DNA of 64,000 nucleotides from an uncultured Bacteroides sp. Lineage in GTDB: Bacteria; Bacteroidota; Bacteroidia; Bacteroidales; JACABE01. The notes under the pieces are model-generated. The model was not told the DNA's origin and did no database searches. It worked only from the letters and a program-made list of their open reading frames with translations. This document shows, in pieces, positions 21,621 through 31,262 of the stretch. The DNA lies in the NCBI GenBank assembly GCA_964422385.1, contig CAYRBL010000001.1, positions 99,049-163,048 on the forward strand. The letters are read 5' to 3'. Position numbers and translations under genes: made by a program. Numbering within the stretch: position 1 is the first letter of the stretch; every line of letters starts with the position of its first letter.

Positions 21621-21653
21621 TCTACCAATTCCGCCATCCGGACATTGGTTATT
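21621..21653 (-). ncRNA. tRNA 5'-half fragment (type II Leu-like acceptor plus D-arm), truncated
   Basis: GTCCGGA-TG-GCGGAATTGGTAGATGC-A-GCAGA then unrelated hairpin; no matching 3' half found. Confidence 0.35.
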
Positions 21654-22273
21654 TAATGAATGTCCATGTTGGGAGTTTTCCGAATAGAGTCATAAATACT
21701 ATTATTATCATTAATAATACAGTTAATACTCCAATTCTATCACTATTAAACTCAATCATTTCGGCTATAGTTTTAGGTGTAGAAATAAATGTGTACTTAA
21801 ATAATTTCTTTAATATTTTCATAATTTATTTATTTTTTTTTTATAAATAGAGCCTGCGACTGAATCTTTAATGCGCAGGCTCTAAAAAGTTTTTAACTTA
21901 AAAACTTAGTAAACGGTTTGAATGTCGTGGACGAACTACGCCTTTTTTGATGTAGTACAAAAAACGCTAAAAACTGTATTTATAGGTAAAATAACGAACC
22001 TTGTGTTTACCTAACACAAAAGACATTTTGTTGTAGTACAAAATAGTAAACTGCTACCCGTATGGTAAGGATAGCCCAACCTCAAAACTGTCACGATAGT
22101 CTTGTGCATCGCTTTTGGTATGGTCAAAAGATAATCCTCTTAATGTTATGGAACAATAAGTAAAACCTTACAGTTATGTACTGTATCAACATTCTATTTC
22201 CTATAGTGATATAGACAAACTCTGTTACGTTCACGTTGTAACCACGGCAACCTTTTAAAGAAAAGTGCAAACT

Positions 22274-22348
22274 TGGTTGCCCTGAAAGGAATCAAACCTC
22301 TTCCGCACGGACCAAAACCGTATGTACTAATCGTTATACGACAGGGCA
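22274..22348 (-). tRNA. tRNA-Gln(TTG) with encoded CCA
   Basis: Acceptor TGCCCTG/CAGGGCA, anticodon loop TTTTGGT, 3' ACCA encoded. Confidence 0.65.
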
Positions 22349-22447
22349 ATATTAATTTCTCTCGTACAGTACCCATCGAAACTGTATAGTTGGTCTGACT
22401 AGCTTTCACCTCCTAGGAGATCTTACGTTCTTTACCAAGAGAAATTG

Positions 22448-22565
22448 TGGCGAGGGTAGGAATCGAACCTACGTTGTAATTATTCACTGTAATTTTGAAG
22501 TTGTTTATGTTTTGCTGTATATGCTCTCAAGTCAGAGCACCCTAATCCATCGTTTCAACCTCGCC
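22448..22565 (-). ncRNA. tRNA-like element, 118 nt, with ~50-nt AT-rich insertion between anticodon-region hairpin and T-arm
   Basis: Perfect acceptor GGCGAGG/CCTCGCC 118 nt apart, T-arm GTAGG-TTCGATT-CCTAC; anticodon-region hairpin GCTCT/AGAGC has a 6-nt loop. Confidence 0.45.
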
Positions 22566-22596
22566 GAGTTTTTATCTGTCTTTCCAGATCGTCTTG

Positions 22597-22667
22597 CGGG
22601 AATAGTAGGAATCGAACCTACGCCCTTTGGTTAACAGCCAAGCGCTCGACCTTCGAGCTACATTCCC
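22597..22667 (-). tRNA. tRNA-Asn(GTT)
   Basis: Acceptor GGGAATG/TATTCCC, D-stem GCTC/GAGC, anticodon loop CTGTTAA, T-arm GTAGG-TTCGATT-CCTAC. Confidence 0.75.
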
Positions 22668-22788
22668 AGTGGGTGTTTAACGGGAGTCGAACCCGTGATG
22701 TGTCATTAACTGTACCAGAACCACAATCTGGCGACTTCGACCTACTAGACTATATTTACCATATTATAAGACTTGGTAAACCTTATTG
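22668..22788 (-). ncRNA. tRNA-like element (His-like anticodon arm CCAGA-TTGTGGT-TCTGG plus canonical T-arm) lacking recognisable 5' acceptor strand
   Basis: T-arm ACGGG-TTCGACT-CCCGT and GTG anticodon hairpin present; no complementary 5' acceptor within 120 nt. Confidence 0.35.
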
Positions 22789-22860
22789 AGCAGGTAGAGG
22801 GAATCGAACCCTCGTCCTCGGTTTGGAAGACCAACGCACTAACCACTGTGCTACACCTGC
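22789..22860 (-). tRNA. tRNA-Gly(TCC)
   Basis: Acceptor GCAGGTG/TACCTGC, D-stem GCAC/GTGC, anticodon loop CTTCCAA, T-arm GAGGG-TTCGATT-CCCTC. Confidence 0.8.
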
Positions 22861-22866
22861 GTTAAA

Positions 22867-23259
22867 CTAAATTAAACTAACTTTATATGGTAGAAATTTA
22901 GCATTTAAAGTTAATTGAGTTTTTGATGTAATTTCTATTCTTGGAATAGAATAACAATCTCCAGCTTCAGTTAAAACAAACAACAAATCGGAACTATTTT
23001 CAGAAAAATCTTTAATTGTGGTTACATTTTTATTTCCAGAACTAGTTCGTAAACCAACTTGAAAATAATTATCTCTAAAAGCTTTAGTTGTTTTAACTTG
23101 AACTTTTAATAAATTTGTACCTGTATCTACTATTAAATCATAATCTTGTGTATCAGTAATTGGAACTGATATAGTTCAACATAACTTAGAATAATAAGCC
23201 ATTGCATAACACATTCCTATATTTCCTTGTTGATTTGAATTTGTTGTATGTTCAAACAT
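22867..23259 (-). pseudogene. ORF interrupted by a single in-frame TGA (minus-strand codon at 23176-23178); PD-(D/E)XK-like small protein if read through
   Basis: MFEHTTNSNQQGNIGMCYAMAYYSKLC-TGA-TISVPITDTQDYDLIVDTGTNLLKVQVKTT...; same frame on both sides of TGA. Confidence 0.5.
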
Positions 23260-24323
23260 AATTTTTAATTTTAATTTTATTTCAATCTGGCGCCATCTCC
23301 GGATCTGGAGATTCTATATCATTTTCTACATAATATTCATTTGTAAAGCCTAAATCATGATCAAAACAAATTCCATCAGGTAAACCATTTACCATAATCC
23401 AATGACAGAAACCAACATATGTTTTAACCCATACTACTTCACAATCTTTGCCTATTGGTGAAAAATTCAACCAATCGTCTTCAAATGGATTTCTATAATC
23501 ATCTAACCATAGTAATACTTTCTTCATTATAAACCTGCTTTAATTTTTGTTTGTATATTTCTTACTGTTGTAAGAGTTTCTTCATCTATTTGAGTTAAAT
23601 ATTCTTCTGAGCATTTAATCAAAGATAAATATTCAGAAAAAACAATTAGCTCTCCACAGTAGAAACAGATAGATATATCTCCAGGATCTGGAGCTCCATT
23701 TTTTCCACTATGTGCATCTAAATCATGCCCACAGTGTGGACACACTTGTTCTTCTAAACGAGTTGTTTCCATTATTTTACTAAATTTATCCAATCAGTAT
23801 CTTCTGGCATTATTTCTATTTCGACATTATGTTTTTTAGCTTTTACCATAATGTCGTTGAGTACGCCTTGTGAATACAGACTCGTACCATAACAATTATG
23901 ACCTATCACACATCTATATACAGAACCTGAATAACCAATGAAATCAATATAATCATCTTCGTGTATATTAACTTCTTTGATACCGCTGTTTAAGCGCCAG
24001 CTATCTTCACCTAAATATCCGCCGTACCAAGTTCCGTAAACTTTGTATATAGGTTTATTACCATCTGTTATTTTTATAATAATCCATTTATCAGGTGTTT
24101 CCATTATTCAGGATTTTTAAAATTCTGTAATTCAATACTCTCCAATTTTTGAAAAGTAGTTTTAGATACTGGAGGTAATCCAGTTATTTCATTAATAATT
24201 TTAAACCCGCCACATACTGTACAGGTTTGATAACAACTACTTGTAGTTGTATCAGATATTTTACCAGTTCCATTACATAAAGGACATATTTGCCACATAG
24301 TTATTTTATTTTAAGTTTTTAAG

Positions 24324-24406
24324 CACGCCTGCTAGGATTCGAACCCAGGTGAGATTTCTCTGTTAGTTTTGGAGACTAATGCCATCAACCACTCGGCCAC
24401 AGACGT
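24324..24406 (-). tRNA. type-II (Ser-like D-arm, 14-nt variable arm) tRNA with anticodon CCA
   Basis: D-arm TGGCCGAGTGGTTGATGGC, anticodon arm TTAGT-CTCCAAA-ACTAA, T-arm CTGGG-TTCGAAT-CCTAG, discriminator G. Confidence 0.55.
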
Positions 24407-24648
24407 ATATTTATTCTTCAGGTCCTGACATTATATCAAATTGATCACCTATAACATTAATTGTTCCCGCTAAAGTTAAAATACAAGATTTCAACCATTC
24501 TTCGGTTCTACCATCCATTGCTTTAACTTGCTCTATTAAATCTAAATCTTCAAATACACGATTTCCCCATACACCATCTTCTTCTTGACTTCGGAAATAT
24601 ATTCCCGATAAATTTCTTTTTTCTTTCATATCATCTTCATTTTAATTG

Positions 24649-24721
24649 TGATTCCTAAGCGACTCGAACGCTTATCCTTACATTCGTAGTGTAAAATTCT
24701 AATCCATTGAACTAAAGAACC
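24649..24721 (-). tRNA. tRNA-Arg(ACG)
   Basis: Acceptor GGTTCTT/AGGAATC (two G-U), anticodon loop CTACGAA, T-arm AAGCG-TTCGAGT-CGCTT. Confidence 0.65.
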
Positions 24722-24941
24722 TTCTTTTAAATTTAATTAATAGATAAATTCCTAATAAACAAAACATTAAAATTGTTCCGTTACCAATAGGTAAAGAACG
24801 TGGTTTAACTACTTGACTAGGAGCTACAGTGTTGTGAATTGTGTTGTTACTAATTGTTTTCATTGATTTTTTAATTATTTATTTATTAGAGTGTAGTAGT
24901 GAACGTTACACTTGAGGTTACTACACGTATTATCCTCTTTG

Positions 24942-25023
24942 TACCCTCTGTGGGACTCGAACCCACACGCCCGAAGGCACTAGATCCTAAATCTAGCGCG
25001 TCTACCAGTTCCGCCAAGAGGGC
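24942..25023 (-). tRNA. tRNA-Leu(TAG), type II
   Basis: D-arm TGGCGGAACTGGTAGACGC, anticodon loop TTTAGGA, variable arm TGCCTTCGGGCGT, T-arm GTGGG-TTCGAGT-CCCAC. Confidence 0.8.
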
Positions 25024-25465
25024 CTTTAGAAAAGAGGATAACCGCATTTGAGACCGACAGAGTCCCCATAATGACTGTCCTGAAGTGCAAATGTTCACCA
25101 CATATGGCTGTGATTGTTATCCTCTTTAAACGAATTGTAGCCTTGTATACTACATGCTCCCTTTAGCTAGCCACTAACCATTAGTGTAGAGATTCGTTAT
25201 TTTAAAATCTTTGATAAAATTTAATGTACAAAGCTTGTTGTCTAATTCCATATTGTCTTGTTAAGACGTTAGGTATTAAATCTTCATTAACTACTTGAGC
25301 TACCCGTTTTGACATTTTTTCAGCATCAAAACTTATGAATCTACCTTTAATTTCAATACCTCCTGAAATTTTAAGAATAGCATCAGCTAACTCTTCTACC
25401 GTTTCACATTGATTTATTAATTGAAATTTTTCTAATTCTGTCATAATTTTATGTTTAATTGTTTG

Positions 25466-25549
25466 AGCCGCCTGTCAGATTCGAACTGACGTGTCTGTAA
25501 AGATCTACATTACAAGTGTAGCGCAATCGACCACTATGCGAAGGAGGCG
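25466..25549 (-). tRNA. tRNA-Thr(TGT)-like with 14-nt variable region and imperfect acceptor stem
   Basis: Anticodon arm CTACA-CTTGTAA-TGTAG, T-arm GTCAG-TTCGAAT-CTGAC; acceptor pairing has two mismatches. Confidence 0.4.
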
Positions 25550-25805
25550 TGGGCGGGGTCTATTTTTTAAGTGGTACACCCCTTGCCACTATATTTTTCT
25601 ACTTACTTTGTGTACCGTTTTATGTATAGCATATGAAACTAATAAAAATATAAACTTTGTTTCGCGAGTTTTACCTCCCAAGATGTAAACATCCGTTTTA
25701 CCACATAAAATAGGCTTGCTTTCGATAATTAATCCAGGCAAGAAATAAGTTAAATTGACAATTACGGCATTGTCACCAACCAGGCGTCTTACTCTTCGAG
25801 TAGCG

Positions 25806-26216
25806 CTATTTCCAAGCTATAAAGTATCTAATTCTAGAAGCGTAATTTGGCGTTCTTGAAGCATAATTTTTAATTACAATCTTTACTTGTTGTGTCCAAG
25901 TACAACTAAATGATATAATAGATATGCATGATGTATTAGCATCTTTCATAAAGAGTGAACCATCAGATAAATAAATAAACGCATCTACGTCAGTAACATC
26001 ATTATCATTACTACAAGCTACAACTGAATAAGAATTTCCAGAAGAGAAATTCATATAAGTATAAGCAGTACCACCTTGAACTAAGTCGGCATGTTGTTCA
26101 TTACCAATATTCCAACCATAAGATTGATATAAAGCTTTATATCTTTCATAATTTGTTTGAGAAAACACACACATTGATGTTATTACCAACATCATAATTA
26201 CCATAAATTTTTTCAT
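25806..26216 (-). CDS. secreted hypothetical protein (signal peptide)
   Basis: N-terminal MKKFMVIMMLVITSMCVFSQ hydrophobic signal. Confidence 0.5.
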   Translation of the reverse strand: MKKFMVIMMLVITSMCVFSQTNYERYKALYQSYGWNIGNEQHADLVQGGTAYTYMNFSSGNSYSVVACSNDNDVTDVDAFIYLSDGSLFMKDANTSCISIISFSCTWTQQVKIVIKNYASRTPNYASRIRYFIAWK

Positions 26217-26417
26217 TGTTTTTATTTTTTTTATTTTTACTAATGAGTTCCGTCTGATAAAGAAATTCCGTGGTCTAATCCCATTTTGAAATCTCTTACT
26301 TCATCTTTACTCAATTTTCCAATCACAATACCAACTTCATTTCCTATATCAGATGCATCTCCTTTATATTTACATTCAGTTAGTTGTTTAATTATTGCCG
26401 CTTTTACTAATTCAAAT

Positions 26418-26726
26418 TTATTTTCCATCAATCAATGCTTTAGTTATATTAAAAATTGCATCATACTCTCGGTATCCACACACTAATGCTTTATTTCTTG
26501 CAGCAAATGTTGCGGTTTTAAATGTATCTAAAAGTCCTTTCGATATACGAAGTACTCTTAAATGATAACGGCTATCAGTTTTTGAAAAGAATTGAGCTCT
26601 TACTTTATAATTATTAAATTCTCTATCAAGGAATCTATCCTCTGTATCAATGTAAACAACTGTAAGTTTACCAATGATTTTCTCCCACCAAGTTTGTGGT
26701 AATACGTCTAACACTCTTTCATCCAT
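26418..26726 (-). CDS. hypothetical protein (start trimmed to internal Met to avoid tRNA overlap)
   Basis: ORF track start 26774 overlaps tRNA-Met; internal ATG at 26726 (MDERVLD...) is the likely start. Confidence 0.45.
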   Translation of the reverse strand: MDERVLDVLPQTWWEKIIGKLTVVYIDTEDRFLDREFNNYKVRAQFFSKTDSRYHLRVLRISKGLLDTFKTATFAARNKALVCGYREYDAIFNITKALIDGK

Positions 26727-26743
26727 AATATTCAATTTAATTG

Positions 26744-26815
26744 TCACGAAGGGTAGATTTGAACTACCGACCAATACCTTATGAGAGTACTGCTCTACCG
26801 CTGAGCTACATCGTG
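26744..26815 (-). tRNA. tRNA-Met/Ile2(CAT)
   Basis: D-stem GCTC/GAGC, anticodon loop CTCATAA, T-arm GGTAG-TTCAAAT-CTACC. Confidence 0.6.
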
Positions 26816-27225
26816 GGGACCCATTTTAATTAATAACCTATTCCGATTAATAATTCAATAGCTGCATTTTGTGGGATACCTTGTCCCATTAAGAACCCTA
26901 AACATAAATCATGCCAGTCATACTCATTAAATTCGTCAACTTCACCACTTCTGTTAATAAGGACTTCGTGAAGTTTTTCAACTTCCTTTTGATATGGATA
27001 ATAAAATTCTTCTACCATTACTCTTCATTTTTAATATTAATTTTATCTTGATGACGTTTATCACGTCTTTCTTTTCTTTTGAAATATGTTCTTGCTCTAC
27101 ACATAGAACATCCACAATTTAATGAATGATTTTTGAGTAAACGATTAGATTGATTTCGATATCCCCAACCGAATGCATCCCAAAGTCTCTTTCTTTTCTT
27201 AATTACTCCTTGATCTCTTTTCATA

Positions 27226-27759
27226 CTAATCCCACCAATAATAAATATTTCTTTTAATCAACTCAAATAACAAATTAGAAGCTCTATTATGACGAGCATG
27301 TCCAATCATTAAAGCAGCCCAGATTTTTCTTTCTTTATCCTTATCAGGCAATCTTCGATAATAATTTGGATATTTATCCAAGTAAGTATCTAAGTCATCT
27401 CTTAAAATTTCTTGTTGATAAAAGTCATCATGGTCTACATAACCTCTTGTTTCATAATATTTTTGATATTCAAGTTCATAAATATCTTCCTCAAGAGCAT
27501 CAAAAAGTCTTATGCACAATCTCATCCTTTCTACATCACGCTGCCAATTTTCATACCTTTTATGCTTTTCAATATAATCAGCAGTATTCTTAATTTTAAA
27601 ACGTAAAGCATACATTATATAAGCATGGTCCCAATCTCTATCTTTCCAGACAATAGGTATCCATTTTATAATATTTTTAACACCTGTCCAGATTATTTTA
27701 TGAAGATGAAATCCAGTAGAGTGCCACCACCAACTTTTAAATATTTTCCAATTTTTCAT
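27226..27759 (-). CDS. hypothetical Trp-rich protein
   Basis: 177-aa ORF. Confidence 0.5.
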   Translation of the reverse strand: MKNWKIFKSWWWHSTGFHLHKIIWTGVKNIIKWIPIVWKDRDWDHAYIMYALRFKIKNTADYIEKHKRYENWQRDVERMRLCIRLFDALEEDIYELEYQKYYETRGYVDHDDFYQQEILRDDLDTYLDKYPNYYRRLPDKDKERKIWAALMIGHARHNRASNLLFELIKRNIYYWWD

Positions 27760-28185
27760 TTAGTTTTTCTAAAAATATTTCTACTAAATCATCATTATAA
27801 AAGCAATCATATTCAGTTGCTCGTAATTCATCTGTTTCTTTTGGATATAATTTATAAGATTCATTAAAAATGCTTTGTCCATATCTTATATGCTTTGGTC
27901 GAAACTTAGCCATTTCTTTAATATCCCCAATTTTATTCATAATCATTAATTTTTAATTTTTAATTTGCGGAGAAACTCATATACGATATGAACTCATTTA
28001 CACGAGCGCATTGCTTAGCAGGCAAGCCCTATTCCCCATAGGTTGTCTTCTCCAATAATAAAGGGCTTCAACAGCTAGCCCTTATTCCCCCCGTTTTCGA
28101 CTGTACCAATGCCCGTATAATAGTTATTAGAAACATTCCTTCAAAGAAATAATAACTTTCTATTCGTAGCTGGTGGGATATAGTA

Positions 28186-28262
28186 AAGAGAAGAGGACTC
28201 GAACCCCCACGCCGTGTTTAGCGACCTACTGTTTTCAAGACAGTTCCACTTAGGCCATCTGT
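28186..28262 (-). tRNA. tRNA-Ser(TGA)-like, type II; acceptor stem not resolved
   Basis: Anticodon arm ACTGT-CTTGAAA-ACAGT, long variable region, T-arm GGGGG-TTCGAGT-CCTCT. Confidence 0.4.
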
Positions 28263-28281
28263 GGGTTATACTTCCTAATTA

Positions 28282-28653
28282 CTACTGACCACTAGCTTCG
28301 TCTTCGTCAGCAACGTCTTCTTCTGATTTCCAGAGGCCTTCTAAGTCTAAATCACCATCAGTGATAAAAGGCTCAAGAACACCATAAGCTTCAGCATGAA
28401 ATGTTAAAACAGTTTCTTCAGGACTTTCTCCTCTAGCTTCAGCTATATCTAAAACTTTAGATAATGGCCATTCACTACCCCAACTTGGGACTGGATAAAA
28501 GTTTACTGCATGATTTAGTAAATACATTTTCTTATTTACTTCATCGTTAGCTACCCAAATATTTTCTGGGTCATCTCCATCTACAGTTAAGCGTACCTTA
28601 CCTTTTGGTAAAGACTCTAATGGAGTTTCATTTGTTGATCTAAATACTTTCAT
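28282..28653 (-). CDS. hypothetical acidic protein
   Basis: 123-aa ORF. Confidence 0.5.
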   Translation of the reverse strand: MKVFRSTNETPLESLPKGKVRLTVDGDDPENIWVANDEVNKKMYLLNHAVNFYPVPSWGSEWPLSKVLDIAEARGESPEETVLTFHAEAYGVLEPFITDGDLDLEGLWKSEEDVADEDEASGQ

Positions 28654-28674
28654 ATCTATAATTTTAATTGTTTG

Positions 28675-28746
28675 TGATCCGACCGAGACTTGAACTCGGA
28701 ACCTATGCCTTAAAAGGGCACAGCTCTACATTGGAGCTACCGGATC
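28675..28746 (-). tRNA. tRNA-Lys(TTT)
   Basis: Acceptor GATCCGG/TCGGATC, anticodon loop CTTTTAA, T-arm CCGAG-TTCAAGT-CTCGG. Confidence 0.8.
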
Positions 28747-28821
28747 TTTAAATAAGCACTCGCAGATAGCGACATTTACGAGTGCTTTATAGCCGTAGCT
28801 ATAACGGTCCTAAACCGTAAG

Positions 28822-28896
28822 CGGGACTACCTGGAGTTGAACCAGGATCTCTAGATTTTCAGTCTAGCGCGAACTGACCACCTGCGCTACAGTCCC
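28822..28896 (-). tRNA. tRNA-Phe(GAA)
   Basis: Acceptor GGGACTG/TAGTCCC, anticodon arm CTAGA-CTGAAAA-TCTAG, T-arm CCTGG-TTCAACT-CCAGG. Confidence 0.65.
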
Positions 28897-29027
28897 CTTT
28901 GTGTGAGTAATTTATTAGACTACTCACGTCTCTTCCTACTGGATAACTTGTAATTAAATACAGATAGTGTACATCTATCGTCATTGAGACATCGCTGGAT
29001 ACTTTCGTAGAGCCTAAGCGAACACCG

Positions 29028-29102
29028 TCGAGAATCAGGGATTCGAACCCCGGACCTTATCCTTGTAAGGGATCTGCTCTGAACCAACTGAGCTAATCCT
29101 CG
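29028..29102 (-). tRNA. tRNA-Val(TAC)
   Basis: Acceptor CGAGGAT/ATTCTCG, D-arm GCTCAGTTGGTTCAGAGC, anticodon loop CTTACAA, T-arm CGGGG-TTCGAAT-CCCTG. Confidence 0.65.
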
Positions 29103-29108
29103 AATTAG

Positions 29109-29185
29109 TTGGGAAGGCGGGAATTGAACCCGCGTGCAACCAATTAACCTTTCTACTGCTTATCAGGCAGAGGGTATACTTCCCA
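29109..29185 (-). ncRNA. tRNA-like element (acceptor and T-arm canonical, GAT-anticodon-like hairpin, no recognisable D-arm)
   Basis: Acceptor TGGGAAG/CTTCCCA, T-arm GCGGG-TTCAATT-CCCGC, hairpin TCTGC-CTGATAA-GCAGT; 77 nt. Confidence 0.4.
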
Positions 29186-29277
29186 GTTAACGCTTCTTTT
29201 TGAGGTGGAAGCGAAACCTTTTTACTTCTTCTTTGGTAGAGTGGACCAAATGCCATATGGGAGTGAAGTAAACTCCG

Positions 29278-29351
29278 TGGAGCTGAAGGGGCTTGAACCC
29301 TCGGCCTTCTGAGTGCAAATCAGACGCTCTAGCCAACTGAGCTACAGTCCC
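29278..29351 (-). tRNA. tRNA-Ala(TGC)
   Basis: G3-U70 wobble in acceptor, anticodon arm TCTGA-TTTGCAC-TCAGA, T-arm GAGGG-TTCAAGC-CCCTT. Confidence 0.8.
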
Positions 29352-29601
29352 ATAGTTACTCAACTACTTCCCAACTTGTTATATCATCAGGAGCCTGATT
29401 CCAAAACATTGGGTATATTTGAGTACTTTCAAGATCAATTTTAACAAAAAAATCTCCCATCGTCCAACCTTGCAAATAAACTGGAACATTTTCAAGTCCA
29501 TAACGAGGTAAACTAGAACGTTCATAAACGTCTTGAGGGAGTTTTACTTTTACCTTTTGCAGATTCATATCTGAAGGTAAATCATTAAGTGTTTTCATCT
29601 T

Positions 29602-30000
29602 TTATAATTTAGTTATTGATTTAAAAGGTAATTGCCATTCCTGACCTTTATCACATAATATGCAACCAACTGCTGTTTCATAGTTAATTGCATCAAATTC
29701 TTCTTTATCATCATCAAGATGTACAACAAAATCAGGATTTTCTAAAAAGAATTCTGATTTATCTTGCATATTTGTAAAATGAATATAATTTCTAGGAATA
29801 CCTAATCGAGAAGCTACATTAAATAAGTCTTTATGTCCTTTAAGAACCCATTTTGGATCAGCATAACGAGTAGGATCTTCAAATCTACTCGTTACTATAT
29901 GAACTTCATCACCTCTAGCTATTAATTCTTTGGCAATTTTTCTTACAGATTTTCTTGATAATGTGCTATCAAAATCAAAACTAATCTTCATGAGTCCCAT
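29602..30000 (-). CDS. HAD-superfamily hydrolase/phosphatase
   Basis: N-terminal FDFDSTL (DxDxT motif). Confidence 0.6.
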   Translation of the reverse strand: MGLMKISFDFDSTLSRKSVRKIAKELIARGDEVHIVTSRFEDPTRYADPKWVLKGHKDLFNVASRLGIPRNYIHFTNMQDKSEFFLENPDFVVHLDDDKEEFDAINYETAVGCILCDKGQEWQLPFKSITKL

Positions 30001-30128
30001 GTGTTATTTCTGGCAACAATAATAATGCCCATAAAGGCATTAATGATCTAGATACGTAAATAGCTATAGCTATCAACCCAAAAAATCCTAAGTAAATTAT
30101 TGCTGCGGTTAAAAAATTCTTGTCCATA

Positions 30129-31157
30129 TTAAAATGCTAATGAGTATTGACTACGTTTAAGTACAATCTTAGTATCTTCATCAATATCAAATATAATTTG
30201 GGCATCTGTTACTACATAATGATACTTCCATAGTTCTATTTCTGAATATTCAGGAAGAAGTGCTTTCAATTCAGGATCTACATCCTCATCGCTTCCGTTA
30301 TAGTATGAAACTACAAATGGTTGACGTTTATAATTGAAACTTCTACCATCATACTTATGTACGACTTCTTTATGAATAACTGCTGCTGAATAATATTCAA
30401 CTTCTTCAGTTAAGTTTAAGTGTGAAGCACAAACAATTGCATCTTCATCAAAAAGATTTACTTCTTTAATTACAGAAGTAAGTACATCCATCGTAATCAT
30501 ATCAAACTTATCAACGAAATCTTCCATAGAAGCACGTCTGTGTTTATGAACCAATAAATCATCAATAATTTCTTTAATAATTTCTGGAGCAAGTTTCACA
30601 TAAAGCTTATGATATTTAATACGATTTAGCCGGTTTTGCAATTTATTGTTAATATTTGCAGGGTTATTTGCAGTTAATAAAAATATTAACTTGGTATGGT
30701 ACATACCATCCATTAATGTAAGTACTGATTGACTATGTTCTTCGTGTTGATAAACTTTTTCAAATTCATCAATAAAGATAATAGTATTGCTAAATACCGG
30801 ATTTGATAAGAAAGCTTCAAAATCTGGACCATGAAAATGTTCAGTTATGAAGATAACAGGGAATTGTGACTTTACACAAAATAATTGTGCTGCAATCGTT
30901 TTACCTGTTCCTTTTACTCCGGAGAGTAAGATACCCATATTCTTTTCAGAATTATGTGCATAAGATTTAATCCATCGGTTAATAAAATCAAAATTACCAT
31001 ATAGCTTAGTTGGTAATTTAAAATCGTCTTGAACTTTAAGAAAAAATCCAGTTCTTTCATCGAATTGCAAAGAATAATTACCCACTGGTAATCTATCATA
31101 CGATGCAGTAATTTCACCTAATGTTAAGGTGTTGTTGTTTCTAATAATCACACTCAT
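30129..31157 (-). CDS. AAA+ ATPase (second copy)
   Basis: Walker A GVKGTGKT, Walker B IIFIDEFEK, sensor-1 LTAN. Confidence 0.75.
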   Translation of the reverse strand: MSVIIRNNNTLTLGEITASYDRLPVGNYSLQFDERTGFFLKVQDDFKLPTKLYGNFDFINRWIKSYAHNSEKNMGILLSGVKGTGKTIAAQLFCVKSQFPVIFITEHFHGPDFEAFLSNPVFSNTIIFIDEFEKVYQHEEHSQSVLTLMDGMYHTKLIFLLTANNPANINNKLQNRLNRIKYHKLYVKLAPEIIKEIIDDLLVHKHRRASMEDFVDKFDMITMDVLTSVIKEVNLFDEDAIVCASHLNLTEEVEYYSAAVIHKEVVHKYDGRSFNYKRQPFVVSYYNGSDEDVDPELKALLPEYSEIELWKYHYVVTDAQIIFDIDEDTKIVLKRSQYSLAF

Positions 31158-31183
31158 TTTATTATCTATTTAATTTATTCTTG

Positions 31184-31256
31184 AGTTTCGGCTCGGATTC
31201 AAACCGAGGAATAGGAGATTTGCAGTCAACCGCGTTAATCACTTCGCCACCGAAAC
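31184..31256 (-). tRNA. tRNA-Cys(GCA)-like (weak anticodon stem)
   Basis: Perfect acceptor GTTTCGG/CCGAAAC, T-arm CTCGG-TTTGAAT-CCGAG, loop CTGCAAA. Confidence 0.45.
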
Positions 31257-31262
31257 ATATTG

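Noticed and set aside
22194-22409. Minus-strand ORF 22194-22409 (and similarly 24886-25101)
   Set aside because: Spans tRNA-Gln (22194-22409) and tRNA-Leu(TAG) (24886-25101); not a protein gene.
29035-29256. Minus-strand 73-aa ORF
   Set aside because: Lies entirely across tRNA-Val and a tRNA-like gene; reading-through artefact of GC-richer tRNA sequence.
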